Positions 19,371 to 28,505 of a DNA stretch of 43,505 nucleotides are shown piece by piece. The translations under genes were made by a program, and so were the position numbers. The notes under the pieces were generated by a model. The model did not search any database. It had not been told where the DNA came from and saw only the letters and a list, made by a program, of their open reading frames with translations. The stretch covers positions 1-43,505 of the forward strand of contig DASRGZ010000015.1 of NCBI GenBank assembly GCA_035650735.1, written 5' to 3'. The stretch is from Chthonomonadaceae bacterium (GTDB lineage: Bacteria > Armatimonadota > Chthonomonadetes > Chthonomonadales > Chthonomonadaceae). The number at the start of each line of letters is the position of its first letter. The first letter of the stretch is position 1.

Positions 19371-21062
19371 ATGTTTACCTCTGGTCATGGCCGGGCGCGG
19401 CGGCCCCACCATGTCCCTGCCGCGCGCCTTAACGTTGGGCGGTACGTAGTTGCCGTAACTTTTTTCCTCGCAGCGGGGATGGGCGCGCTGCTGGTAGGAG
19501 CACAGCCGCCCGCGCAGGCGGACGCGCTCGCGGATAAAAGTGAGCCGCTGCTTCGACAGAGATTGGCGACAAGGCCGCTGCCAAGAGCCACCTCCGTTAT
19601 TGTAACTATAGCAGGCCACCTTACGCCCGGTAAGGAGCAGCGGTTGAAGTCTCTGGGAGGGGACATCTATCGTCACCTCTCCCTGATTCATGCGGTGGCT
19701 CTCCGACTGCCGACCCGTCGGCTGCCACGTCTGGCGGCCTTGCCGTTTGTGGCGCATCTGTCGCAAGACTGGCAGGTGAAGCCGGAGGATGCCTTCACGG
19801 TCGGTCACAGCACCGCCGATATTGCCTATCAGTACGGCTACACCGGACTGGGTGTCACCGTCGCCGTAGTGGACAGCGGGATCTATCCCCATCCCGATCT
19901 CTACGATCCCGCCACAGGCCGCTGGCGCATCCTCGCGCAGGTGAATTTTGTATCCACAGCCTTAAACGCCAACGACCAGTATGGGCATGGCACGCACGTG
20001 GCCGGCATTATTGCTGGCAACGGCGCCTCGTCCACCGGCAGCAACTACTATCGTACGTTTTATGGCATCGCCCGACGCGCCAACCTGGTCAATGTCCGCG
20101 TTCTGGATGCCAACGGCAACGGCAGCGCGAGCGCGGTAATCGCCGGAATTCAGTGGGTCGTCCGGTACAAGACAACCTATAACATCCGCGTGATCAACCT
20201 GTCGCTCGGACATCCGGTCACCGAGCATTACACAACCGATCCGCTCTGCCAGGCCGTCGAACAGGCGTGGAAAGCCGGGATCGTGGTGGTCTGCGCCGCC
20301 GGCAACGACGGACGCCTCTATCCGGCGCCGGTCGCCGGGGCCAACAATGAAGGCTATGGGACTAGCTACGGCACCATCTATTCTCCGGGCAATGATCCGT
20401 ATGTGATCTCGGTCGGAGCGATGAAAAACTACAATGGCACGCGCGCCTACGACCGGATTGCCACGTATTCCAGCCGCGGCCCGGCCCTGCTGGACTGGGT
20501 CGTCAAGCCAGATCTGGTCACCCCCGGCAACCAGGTGATCTCGCTGCGCTGTCCCAATAGCACCCTGGGTGTCACGGAAGCCAACCACATCGTCTCTCCC
20601 AGCTACTATATGATTCACCCGACGGTTCTGTCTTCGTCCGCCTACTTTGAGATGTCGGGGACCTCGCTGGCTGCCCCGGTGGTTTCCGGAGCCGTCGCGC
20701 TGTTGCTACAGGCCAATCCCTATCTTTCGCCCGATACGATCAAAGTCCGCTTGCTGGTCTCGGCGACCCGGTGGCGTTTCCCGGATGGGACGGCGGATGC
20801 CTGCACGTTTGGAGCCGGGTATCTCTATATTATGGGCGCCCTCGCCTGCCGTTCGGTGGCGACCGGATACGCGCTCAGCCCGACGCTGACGCGCGACAGC
20901 CAGGGCAATATAACGCTCAATGCCAACATGGCGATATGGGGAACGACCGCCATCTGGGGAACACAGACGACCTGGGGAACGCAGGCCCTCTGGACGGACT
21001 ACCATCAGACCTGGCGCGAGAGCAAGGCGAGCGCCCTGCCGATCCTGGAAAATGAACAGTAG
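19371..21062 (+). CDS. S8 family subtilisin-like serine peptidase (AprX-like) with C-terminal WG repeats
   Basis: AAGGAG RBS; catalytic motifs VDSG, HGTHVAG and SGTSLAAP; oxyanion AAGN; tail AIWGTTAIWGTQTTWGTQALW. Confidence 0.93.
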   Translation: MFTSGHGRARRPHHVPAARLNVGRYVVAVTFFLAAGMGALLVGAQPPAQADALADKSEPLLRQRLATRPLPRATSVIVTIAGHLTPGKEQRLKSLGGDIYRHLSLIHAVALRLPTRRLPRLAALPFVAHLSQDWQVKPEDAFTVGHSTADIAYQYGYTGLGVTVAVVDSGIYPHPDLYDPATGRWRILAQVNFVSTALNANDQYGHGTHVAGIIAGNGASSTGSNYYRTFYGIARRANLVNVRVLDANGNGSASAVIAGIQWVVRYKTTYNIRVINLSLGHPVTEHYTTDPLCQAVEQAWKAGIVVVCAAGNDGRLYPAPVAGANNEGYGTSYGTIYSPGNDPYVISVGAMKNYNGTRAYDRIATYSSRGPALLDWVVKPDLVTPGNQVISLRCPNSTLGVTEANHIVSPSYYMIHPTVLSSSAYFEMSGTSLAAPVVSGAVALLLQANPYLSPDTIKVRLLVSATRWRFPDGTADACTFGAGYLYIMGALACRSVATGYALSPTLTRDSQGNITLNANMAIWGTTAIWGTQTTWGTQALWTDYHQTWRESKASALPILENEQ

Positions 21063-21097
21063 GGAGCGTGCTGCCCGCATAAGCATACGCTCTTCAG

Positions 21098-21134
21098 GCC
21101 GCCTGGTCGCTTGGACCGGGCGGCTTTTTTGTTT
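21098..21134 (+). terminator. intrinsic terminator
   Basis: 11-bp GC stem GCCGCCTGGTC/GACCGGGCGGC followed by TTTTTTGTTT. Confidence 0.88.
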
Positions 21135-21266
21135 GTTATTATGCAAGCAGGGAGGATTAAAAACGCGGAATCGCTAAAGGAGAATTCCTAGAGGCGGCAC
21201 AGCACCGCTGGAGGCAATACCTCGCCGCTGTGTGGCCAGTTATCACCCTCAGAAAGGAACAGGGAA

Positions 21267-22334
21267 ATGCCGATCCTGCGTGTGGCCATTCTCGGCCAGG
21301 GAAGAAGCGGTCGCGATATTCATGGGGCTTATCTATCCAAAGATACCGACAGATACCGCATTGTCGCCGTTGTGGACCCGCTGCAAGAGCGACGGGAACG
21401 CGCTCAGGCAGAGTATGGCTGCCAGACCTACCCGAACCACACCGCGCTGCTAGAGCGGAACGATCTGGACCTTATCGTAAACGCCGCTCCCAGCAAGTTT
21501 CACGTTCCGATCACGCTTCAATTCCTGGAGGCGGGATTTAATGTGCTGTGCGAAAAGCCCCTCGCCTCACGGGCAGCGGATGTAGATCGGCTCATCGCCG
21601 CGTCCGAAAAGTCCGGCAAGGTTCTGGCTATCTTCCAGCAATCGCGCTTCGCTCCCTATTTCCGCAAAGTCCGGGAGGTGATTGACTCCGGCGTGCTGGG
21701 CGACATCGTCCAGATTTCGGTTGCCGCCAACGGCTTCTCACGCCGCTACGATTGGCAGACGCTGACCTCGGAGATGGGAGGCAACCTGCTCAATACGGGG
21801 CCGCATCCTCTCGACCAGGCCTTGCAGTTGTTTGGCACGGACGTCATGCCCCAGGTAACCTGCTTTATGCGCAACACGATAAGTTACGGGGATGCCGACG
21901 ATCACGTGCTGCTGATCCTGAGCGGAGAGGGGCGTCCGCTCATCCATCTGGAGATCTCCTCCTGCTGCCGCTACCCGGTTTTTACCTATAACGTGTACGC
22001 CACGCGGGGCGGGCTGAAGGGCGATACGCAGCGCCTGGAATGGCAATACTACGATCCGGCCACCGCGCCGGAGCTCAAGCTTATCACCACTCCCCTCCAA
22101 CATGCCGACGGCACGCCGGCCTATTGCAGCGACTCCCTGGAGTGGCATAAGGAGGAGTGGAGCGCGCCGACGAACCGGGGCTTGTTCGAGAGCATGTCCC
22201 ATGCGTTCTACTCCATGCTCTACCGAACCCTGACCGAAGGCCAGCCGCTGGAGATCACCCCGCAGCAGGTCCGCCAGCAGATCGCAGTCATCGAGGAGTG
22301 CCAGCGTCAAAACCCGCATATCTACAAGAGGTAG
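21267..22334 (+). CDS. Gfo/Idh/MocA family oxidoreductase
   Basis: GQGRSG Rossmann motif, CEKP, GGNLLNTGPHPLDQ. Confidence 0.93.
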   Translation: MPILRVAILGQGRSGRDIHGAYLSKDTDRYRIVAVVDPLQERRERAQAEYGCQTYPNHTALLERNDLDLIVNAAPSKFHVPITLQFLEAGFNVLCEKPLASRAADVDRLIAASEKSGKVLAIFQQSRFAPYFRKVREVIDSGVLGDIVQISVAANGFSRRYDWQTLTSEMGGNLLNTGPHPLDQALQLFGTDVMPQVTCFMRNTISYGDADDHVLLILSGEGRPLIHLEISSCCRYPVFTYNVYATRGGLKGDTQRLEWQYYDPATAPELKLITTPLQHADGTPAYCSDSLEWHKEEWSAPTNRGLFESMSHAFYSMLYRTLTEGQPLEITPQQVRQQIAVIEECQRQNPHIYKR

Positions 22335-22400
22335 CTCACTGTGGCGCTGCCATTCGCCGCTTTTGCGCCCGGCATCGTTCCGCTCAGGAGCGGTGAAGCT

Positions 22401-22574
22401 TTACCGTAGGTAGAGGCTCATCCAGGCGGCGCAGGCCAGCAGAATAGAGGCGAGAACGTATTCGGTATGTTCGCGCCCGATCCGGCGCTGCCGGGCCAGT
22501 AGCATCGAGCGTATCCAGGAGTATCCGGAGAGAGCAAGCAGGCTTGAGCCTACGAGGAATTTGAAAGGCAACAT
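22401..22574 (-). CDS. 57-aa small membrane protein, possibly leaderless
   Basis: MLPFKFLVGSSLLALSGYSWIRSMLLARQRRIGREHTEYVLASILLACAAWMSLYLR; two hydrophobic helices; TAGACT -10-like box 6 nt before the ATG; below the ORF-track cutoff. Confidence 0.5.
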   Translation of the reverse strand: MLPFKFLVGSSLLALSGYSWIRSMLLARQRRIGREHTEYVLASILLACAAWMSLYLR

Positions 22575-22786
22575 GGGTATAGTCTACCGCAAAGAAGGCC
22601 GTTTAGGGAAGGGGCACGCATCCGAGGGGCTGCCAGCGTCGTAACCCTCTCGGAGAGCGCCCAGCCGTCGCGTGGAAAGTGCTCCCCTTCGGAACTGTTC
22701 TCCCTGAGGAAGCTTTCGAGCTGAGAGTGATCAGGAAAAACCACCGCTTCACGATGTAGGCAGGTTCCCTCGTTCCCTTTAGCGAA

Positions 22787-24202
22787 ATGGCATCCATGAA
22801 CACCCTGCTGCCCTCTACCCTGCATACTATCGAGGCTTTAGACCGGCAACTGCTCAATGATTTCCGGGATAGATTGCGGGTGCAGTCTGTTCTGTCGCGC
22901 CCATTGGTCAGTTTTCAGGCGAACAAGACCCGTGCCGCCTACCGCTGGTATAAGTACAAAGAAGCGTTCTCCGCCTCGCTGGTGGAGTATCTGCTATGCT
23001 CCTACGGAAACGTTTCCGGGCGCATCCTTGACCCCTTCGCGGGCAGCGGAACGGCACTGTTCGCGGCAAGCGCGGCAGGTTTAGAAGCCGACGGTATCGA
23101 GATCCTGCCCATCGGCCAGCAGATTATCCAAACCCGTCTCCTGCTGGAGCGAGAGTTCCACCTGGACGATCTGGCGCGATTGGTGTGCTGGCAGACAACA
23201 CGCCCCTGGAATCACACCGACACGCGCTGTCCTCTGCCGACCCTGCGGATTACCGAGGGCGCGTATCCGCCGGAGACCCAGGACGCCATCGAGCGATTTA
23301 CGGGCGCATGGCGGCAGGAGAATACCAGCGTACAACAGGTGCTGCGTTTTGCCCTCCTCTGCGTTCTGGAGTCGGTCAGCTATACGCGCAAGGATGGGCA
23401 GTATCTGCGCTGGGATAGGCGTTCCGGGCGCAAGCAGGGCAAAAAGCCCTTTGATAAAGGCCCTATTCCCCCGTTTGATGAGGCGGTCTGCGCCAAACTC
23501 GCCGAGATAATCAGCGACCTGCGCTCCGGCAATGAGCCACAGGATCTGTTTGCGGCGGAACCTCCCAAAGCGGGCGCCGTTCGCCTGCTGCCTGGTTCCT
23601 GTCTGGAACTCCTGCCCGGGCTGCCGGACGCCGTTTATGACGCGGTGCTCACCTCTCCGCCCTACTGCAACCGCTATGACTACACACGCACCTACGCCCT
23701 CGAGCTCGCTATGCTGGGTGTCGGGACCCAAGAGATACTCCAGCTGCGTCAGCAGATGCTCTCCTGTACGGTGGAGAACCGCGCCAAAGACCTGTTGCAA
23801 ATGAATCCGCAATGGGCAAGCGCCATTGCTGCCGCCGATAGTCAAGAGCTACTCCAGGCCATTCTGCGCTATCTGGAAAGCGAAAAAGAGCGCGGCGCAT
23901 TGAACAATCAAGGTATCCCGCGCATGGTACGCAGCTACTTCTATGAGATGGCCTGTGTCCTTGCGGAATGCGCGCGGGTTCTCAAACCGGGCTGTCTCTT
24001 GTTCATGATAAATGACAATGTGCGCTACAGCGGCGCAAGTGTCTCCGTTGATCTCATTCTCTCTGCTATGGCTGAGAGATTAGGCTTCATGGTTCAGAAC
24101 ATTCTTGTGCTGCCCAACGGCAAGGGGAACAGCAGTCAACAGATGGGCGCGCATGGACGCGATCCGCTCAGAAAATGCGTCTATGTCTGGCGGAAAACCT
24201 AG
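22787..24202 (+). CDS. N4-cytosine DNA methyltransferase (alpha group, M.AvaI/M.BsoBI-like)
   Basis: DPFAGSGT precedes TSPPY; adjacent to a BsoBI-like endonuclease; ORF intact. Confidence 0.9.
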   Translation: MASMNTLLPSTLHTIEALDRQLLNDFRDRLRVQSVLSRPLVSFQANKTRAAYRWYKYKEAFSASLVEYLLCSYGNVSGRILDPFAGSGTALFAASAAGLEADGIEILPIGQQIIQTRLLLEREFHLDDLARLVCWQTTRPWNHTDTRCPLPTLRITEGAYPPETQDAIERFTGAWRQENTSVQQVLRFALLCVLESVSYTRKDGQYLRWDRRSGRKQGKKPFDKGPIPPFDEAVCAKLAEIISDLRSGNEPQDLFAAEPPKAGAVRLLPGSCLELLPGLPDAVYDAVLTSPPYCNRYDYTRTYALELAMLGVGTQEILQLRQQMLSCTVENRAKDLLQMNPQWASAIAAADSQELLQAILRYLESEKERGALNNQGIPRMVRSYFYEMACVLAECARVLKPGCLLFMINDNVRYSGASVSVDLILSAMAERLGFMVQNILVLPNGKGNSSQQMGAHGRDPLRKCVYVWRKT

Positions 24203-24203
24203 A

Positions 24204-24301
24204 CCTATGCTCAAACCATATCGTCTGCACCTTCTTCAAGGTGTCTCACGCGGGCGAACCCGGCTCGGAGTCCTATGCTCAAACCATATCGTCTGCACCT
24301 T
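24204..24301 (+). repeat. perfect 30-bp direct repeat separated by 38 unique bp, duplicating the endonuclease start
   Basis: CCTATGCTCAAACCATATCGTCTGCACCTT at 24204-24233 and 24272-24301. Confidence 0.95.
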
Positions 24302-25230
24302 GCTTCTAGCGCCGACCTCGTCACAACTTATGAAGAACGACGCGCTGGGTTTATCGCGCTGGCCCTCGAGAAGAATCGACGCGCCACGCCCTTCGTAGAG
24401 CAGGCGCGCGTTCTCAAGTCTTCCGCCGCCCTCGCCGCCTCGCCCGCCGATCTGCTCTCGATGGAGGGCCTACAGCCTGCCTTACTGACGGCGGCTGGTC
24501 TCTCCGATAAAGCCATCGGGCATCTGCGCCCCGAGGACAAAACCGAAGCAATACGCGGCTTGATCGAGCAGTTTTTGGAGCCTGCCGGAACAGACTTCGT
24601 AGACGAGCTGGTGTACCGCTTTTTGTTGACGCGCGGCGATACGCTCGGCGGTTCCATGCGGAACGTCGGCGGAGCCATCGCGCAGCAGAAACTGACGCGG
24701 GCTATTCTGGCTTCCCTTGCGCTGGCCGGGATCGCTTATGAGTGGCTGCACGCTCCCAGCACCACATGGATCGCCATGTGCAAGGATGATGCCGACATCG
24801 AGCGGCACCTGCGCGGCATCTACTGGCGGCAAGGCGGTCAGCCGCGCACGATCTTGTACAACTTTACCGTTCCGCTTATCAAGAATAACATAGACCTGAG
24901 TATGCTGCAATGCACGCCCAACGAACTGACGGCTGGCGGGAGTAAACGCCCGGAACTGTACCTTGCGCTGGGCGAACTCAAGGGCGGCATTGACCCTGCC
25001 GGAGCGGATGAACACTGGAAAACGGCACGAACCGCCCTTTCACGCATTCGCTCGGCGTTTTCCACAGTAGCGGCGCGTCACCACAAACGTTCTTTGTCGG
25101 AGCCGCTATCGAGAAGAAGATGGCAGAGGAAATCTGGAGCGAGTTGGAGCAGGGAATGCTGAACAACGCCGCCAACCTGACGGTTCCCAATCAGGTGTCT
25201 TCTCTCTGCCTCTGGCTGGTCAATTTGTAG
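24275..25230 (+). pseudogene. AvaI/BsoBI-family type II restriction endonuclease, frameshifted near the C-terminus
   Basis: Motifs [10 protein letters not shown] and [21 protein letters not shown]; the family-like tail [19 protein letters not shown]...NAANLT continues in another frame after ~25070 to TAG 25230. Confidence 0.88.
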
Positions 25231-25276
25231 ACGTCAACCTCCACACTTCTCGCCCGATTTCTCTTTTGGAGATCGC

Positions 25277-26131
25277 ATGGTGAACGCAAAACTACGGCCC
25301 TCGACGGTCAAGCTTGGTATCTCTACCTACTCCTACTGGCATTTTCGCGAGCCGAAACTCCCTGTCGAAACCGTCATTGACCGGGCGAGCGCGCTTGGCG
25401 TGGCGGGGGTGGATGTCCTGCACCGGCAAATGGAGAGTGAGGAGCGGTCTTACCTGCAGCGGCTCAAACGCCGCGCCTTCATCCAGGGCATTGACCTGAT
25501 CTGCCTCTCCATTCACCAGAACTTCGTCTCTCCGGATGCCTCGGTTCGGCAAGGGCAGATAGACCATACCCTGCATTGCATCGAGCTGGCCTACCAGATG
25601 GGCATTCCGTGCATCCGGCTCAACTCTGGGCGCTGGGGAACCGTGGCCTCGTTCGACGAGCTAATGGCGCGCGGGGGCGAAGAGCCGCCGCTGCCCGGCT
25701 ATACGGAGGAGGATGCCTTCGCGTGGTGCATCCAGTCTATCGAGGCGTGTGTGCCGAAGGCGGAGGAGTGCGGGGTACTGCTGGCCCTGGAGAACCATTG
25801 GGGCCTGACCCGCACGCCGGAGGGAGTGCTGCGTATCCTGGAGGCCATCGACTCTCCCTGGCTTGGGGCGCTGATGGATACCGGTAACTTCCGGGAAGAC
25901 CCCTACACGAAGCTGGAGAAGATGGCCCCCAGGACGGTCTTTGTGCAGGCCAAAACCTACTACGGCGGCGGCGAATGGTATACCCTGGATATTGACTATG
26001 ACCGGGTGGCGGCGATTCTGGCGGCGGTAGGCTATCGGGGCTATGTTTCGCTGGAATTCGAGGGCAAAGAAGACCCGGAGACTGCCGTGCCCAGGAGCTT
26101 GAAAATGCTTGAACGGGCGTTCCACCTCTGA
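25277..26131 (+). CDS. sugar phosphate isomerase/epimerase family protein (AP endonuclease 2 TIM barrel)
   Basis: Motifs LALENHWG, DTGNF, VQAK and YRGYVSLEFEG. Confidence 0.9.
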   Translation: MVNAKLRPSTVKLGISTYSYWHFREPKLPVETVIDRASALGVAGVDVLHRQMESEERSYLQRLKRRAFIQGIDLICLSIHQNFVSPDASVRQGQIDHTLHCIELAYQMGIPCIRLNSGRWGTVASFDELMARGGEEPPLPGYTEEDAFAWCIQSIEACVPKAEECGVLLALENHWGLTRTPEGVLRILEAIDSPWLGALMDTGNFREDPYTKLEKMAPRTVFVQAKTYYGGGEWYTLDIDYDRVAAILAAVGYRGYVSLEFEGKEDPETAVPRSLKMLERAFHL

Positions 26132-26160
26132 GCGCATCGCCCTCCTTGAGCCGCGCCGGC

Positions 26161-27045
26161 CTATTTGGGCGTCCAGAAAGGCTCGGGGGTCGGAACGAAC
26201 GCGACCGGAACCTCGGTCACGAAGGTCTTGAGCCAGCGCGCGCACTCGTCCATGCCGGCTTGCTCGGAGGGAATGTGTCCCAGGATAATCAGCGCCTTGT
26301 GTTTTCTGGCTGTGACCGCATCCGCCGCGTATTCGATGGTCTCCCACTCGTGCGCCTCGCCCATCACCAGCACGTCCACGTCCTGCCTTTGCAGCAGGTG
26401 CCTCTGCATGGGGAACCCGGGGAAGCCTGGAGCCAGGCCCAATCGCGTTACCTTCATGTTGGGATCGCCGACAACGCGCAGGGCGTGAATGCCGAGGCGT
26501 TTCTTGATCTGAGCGGCCAGGCTTTCCAGCGTGGTCTGGGGAACCACAAACAGGTGATCATCGTGGGGGTTCTGGTACTTCTGCCAGCCGAGCGCCCGGA
26601 TCATGCCGGTCTGAATGCCATCCGGCCTGCGCATGTGCCAGTGGTCGTGGAAGCGCCAGATGACGAGACCGTGCTTTTGGATGAAGGCTTGCTTGGCTGC
26701 CAACACCGGATCGCTCTCTTTCTCAAGGTCCTCGGTTTTGTCGAAGTGATCATAGAAGGTCGGCTCGTGCGTGATGATCAGGTTGTTGCCGGAGGCGGCG
26801 GCACGCTGGAGGACATCCAGCGTAGCCATCATGGTTACGGCGATGCCGGTCACTGGCGTATCGGGATTTCCAGCCTTGAAGGTATCCACCGTCGGCTCAT
26901 GCCAGGGCACGCCGACGTGCTTTTGAATCCGCTCAATCACCTGTCGGGCGGTGAGGCGGCGGCTCTGTGCTGAGGCGGGAACGCTCAACATGGCAGCCAG
27001 AGTAATTAGAAGCATCGTAGCGAGAGTTGTGTTGGTAGCAAGCAC
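26161..27045 (-). CDS. exported Nif3-like dinuclear metal centre protein
   Basis: AGGAGG RBS; signal peptide; motifs IITHEP, RFHDHWH and LGHIPSE. Confidence 0.88.
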   Translation of the reverse strand: MLATNTTLATMLLITLAAMLSVPASAQSRRLTARQVIERIQKHVGVPWHEPTVDTFKAGNPDTPVTGIAVTMMATLDVLQRAAASGNNLIITHEPTFYDHFDKTEDLEKESDPVLAAKQAFIQKHGLVIWRFHDHWHMRRPDGIQTGMIRALGWQKYQNPHDDHLFVVPQTTLESLAAQIKKRLGIHALRVVGDPNMKVTRLGLAPGFPGFPMQRHLLQRQDVDVLVMGEAHEWETIEYAADAVTARKHKALIILGHIPSEQAGMDECARWLKTFVTEVPVAFVPTPEPFWTPK

Positions 27046-27090
27046 TGCAAGCAGACCTCCTTATAGACAACCCAATCAAAAGCACATTGC

Positions 27091-27298
27091 CCTTGCCGCG
27101 CATTGAAAATACCCGGCTAGAGGGCGGCTGCGCCGCCAACCGTTCTGCCGGACGGAACAACCGGCCTATCGGCAGGCGGCTGCCTTCGTAGAGCGGGAGG
27201 AACCTGGCTTGGCAGGGCGTCCGCAGGACGCTTGGCCGTAGGCCCTAGAGCCGGGTATTTTCAATGCCCGGCGAGGACCAGGGGTTGAAAGCCCCCGG
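27091..27298. repeat. REPIN/MITE-like palindromic element
   Basis: 35-bp inverted repeats at 27091-27125 and 27242-27276 (31/35), each itself a hairpin, plus a third hairpin CCAGGGGTTGAAAGCCCCCGG at 27278-27298. Confidence 0.75.
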
Positions 27299-27446
27299 CT
27301 GGTACGCTCCGGGGTAAGTTCACCTTGCCTGTTCACCGCTCCTTCTTTTGCTTCCACTCCTCCGCCACAGGATATTTCCCTGCCGACACAGAACTACTCC
27401 TCGCTGTCCTATAACAAAGGCTATCCCTCAAACGCAGGAGGGTTTT

Positions 27447-28502
27447 ATGACCGAGAACAATAACAGCCTCAACAAGAGGCGAGACGAGGTTCTTTGCGCC
27501 GGTATACTGGTCGCCGACATTTTCATTCCGCCTCTGACGGCGCTGCCCGCTGCCGGCGAACTGACGGCAACCGAGGACTTTCTGCTCGATACCGGCGGGT
27601 GCGCGGCTAACGTGGCGGTCTCCCTGGCAAAGCTGGGCGCGCAGGCGACCGTAGTGGGCATGGTGGGCGCGGATGTTTTCGGCGACTTTACCGCCAGCGC
27701 TCTGCGCGCTAAAGGCGTAGATACCTCCGGCCTGCGGCGTTCCTCTGCGCACGGCACCTCCAAGACGGTCATCCTTCCTGTGATGGGGGAGGACCGGCGC
27801 TTCATTCATACCTTCGGCGCCAATGTGGATTTGAAGGCGGCGGACATCGATCCCGCTCTGCTTGGGCGTGCGCGCGTTCTGTACCTCGGAGGATATCTTA
27901 TCCTGCCAGGCATCCGGCAGGAAGAGCTCGCCGCGCTCTTCCGTACCGCCAGGGAACAGGGCGTGCGCACCGTGCTGGATGTGGTCGTGCCGACAGGCAG
28001 CGCCCAGCATTCCCTGGAGGACCTGGCCGAAATCCTGCCTTTTGTGGACTACTTCCTGCCCAACGACGACGAAGCGCGCGCCCTCACCGGATGGGAGGCC
28101 CCCCAGGATCAGGCTGCGTGTTTCCTGTCGGCTGGCTGCGGCACGGTAGTCATCACGCAGGGCGGGCGCGGCACCCTCCTGATGGACCAGGAGGGTATCC
28201 TGGAGGCTCCGGCCTACCCGGTAGAGGTCATGGACAGTTCCGGCGCAGGGGATGCGTTCACGGCAGGGCTGATCCTGGGCATCCTGGAAGGCCGGGATCG
28301 GGCGGAAGCGATCCGCTTTGCCAGCGCTGTCGGCGCCTCCGCCTGCACACGGCTGGGCTGCACCACCGGCGTCTTCACGCGCGCAGAGGCGGAAGCGTTT
28401 GTTGCCGCCCATCCGCTGGATATCCACGCGAAACCGCTGCCTCAGAGGGCCGGCATAGATCGAGTCGAGGGCGATCCCGCAACGGCTCGCCGGGAGATAT
28501 GA
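27447..28502 (+). CDS. PfkB family carbohydrate kinase
   Basis: AGGAGG RBS before ATG 27447; motifs GGCAANVA, PNDDEA and DSSGAGDAF. Confidence 0.93.
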   Translation: MTENNNSLNKRRDEVLCAGILVADIFIPPLTALPAAGELTATEDFLLDTGGCAANVAVSLAKLGAQATVVGMVGADVFGDFTASALRAKGVDTSGLRRSSAHGTSKTVILPVMGEDRRFIHTFGANVDLKAADIDPALLGRARVLYLGGYLILPGIRQEELAALFRTAREQGVRTVLDVVVPTGSAQHSLEDLAEILPFVDYFLPNDDEARALTGWEAPQDQAACFLSAGCGTVVITQGGRGTLLMDQEGILEAPAYPVEVMDSSGAGDAFTAGLILGILEGRDRAEAIRFASAVGASACTRLGCTTGVFTRAEAEAFVAAHPLDIHAKPLPQRAGIDRVEGDPATARREI

Positions 28503-28505
28503 CGA

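Noticed and set aside
22640..22760. ZTP riboswitch on the minus strand (GGGGAGC...CTGGGC)
   Set aside because: No complementary pseudoknot partner or 5' GACTGGCG element, and no purine/folate gene downstream
24204..24301. Canonical CRISPR array
   Set aside because: Only two repeats, the repeat is coding sequence of the endonuclease, and there is no leader or cas gene in the window; kept only as an ectopic-integration hypothesis
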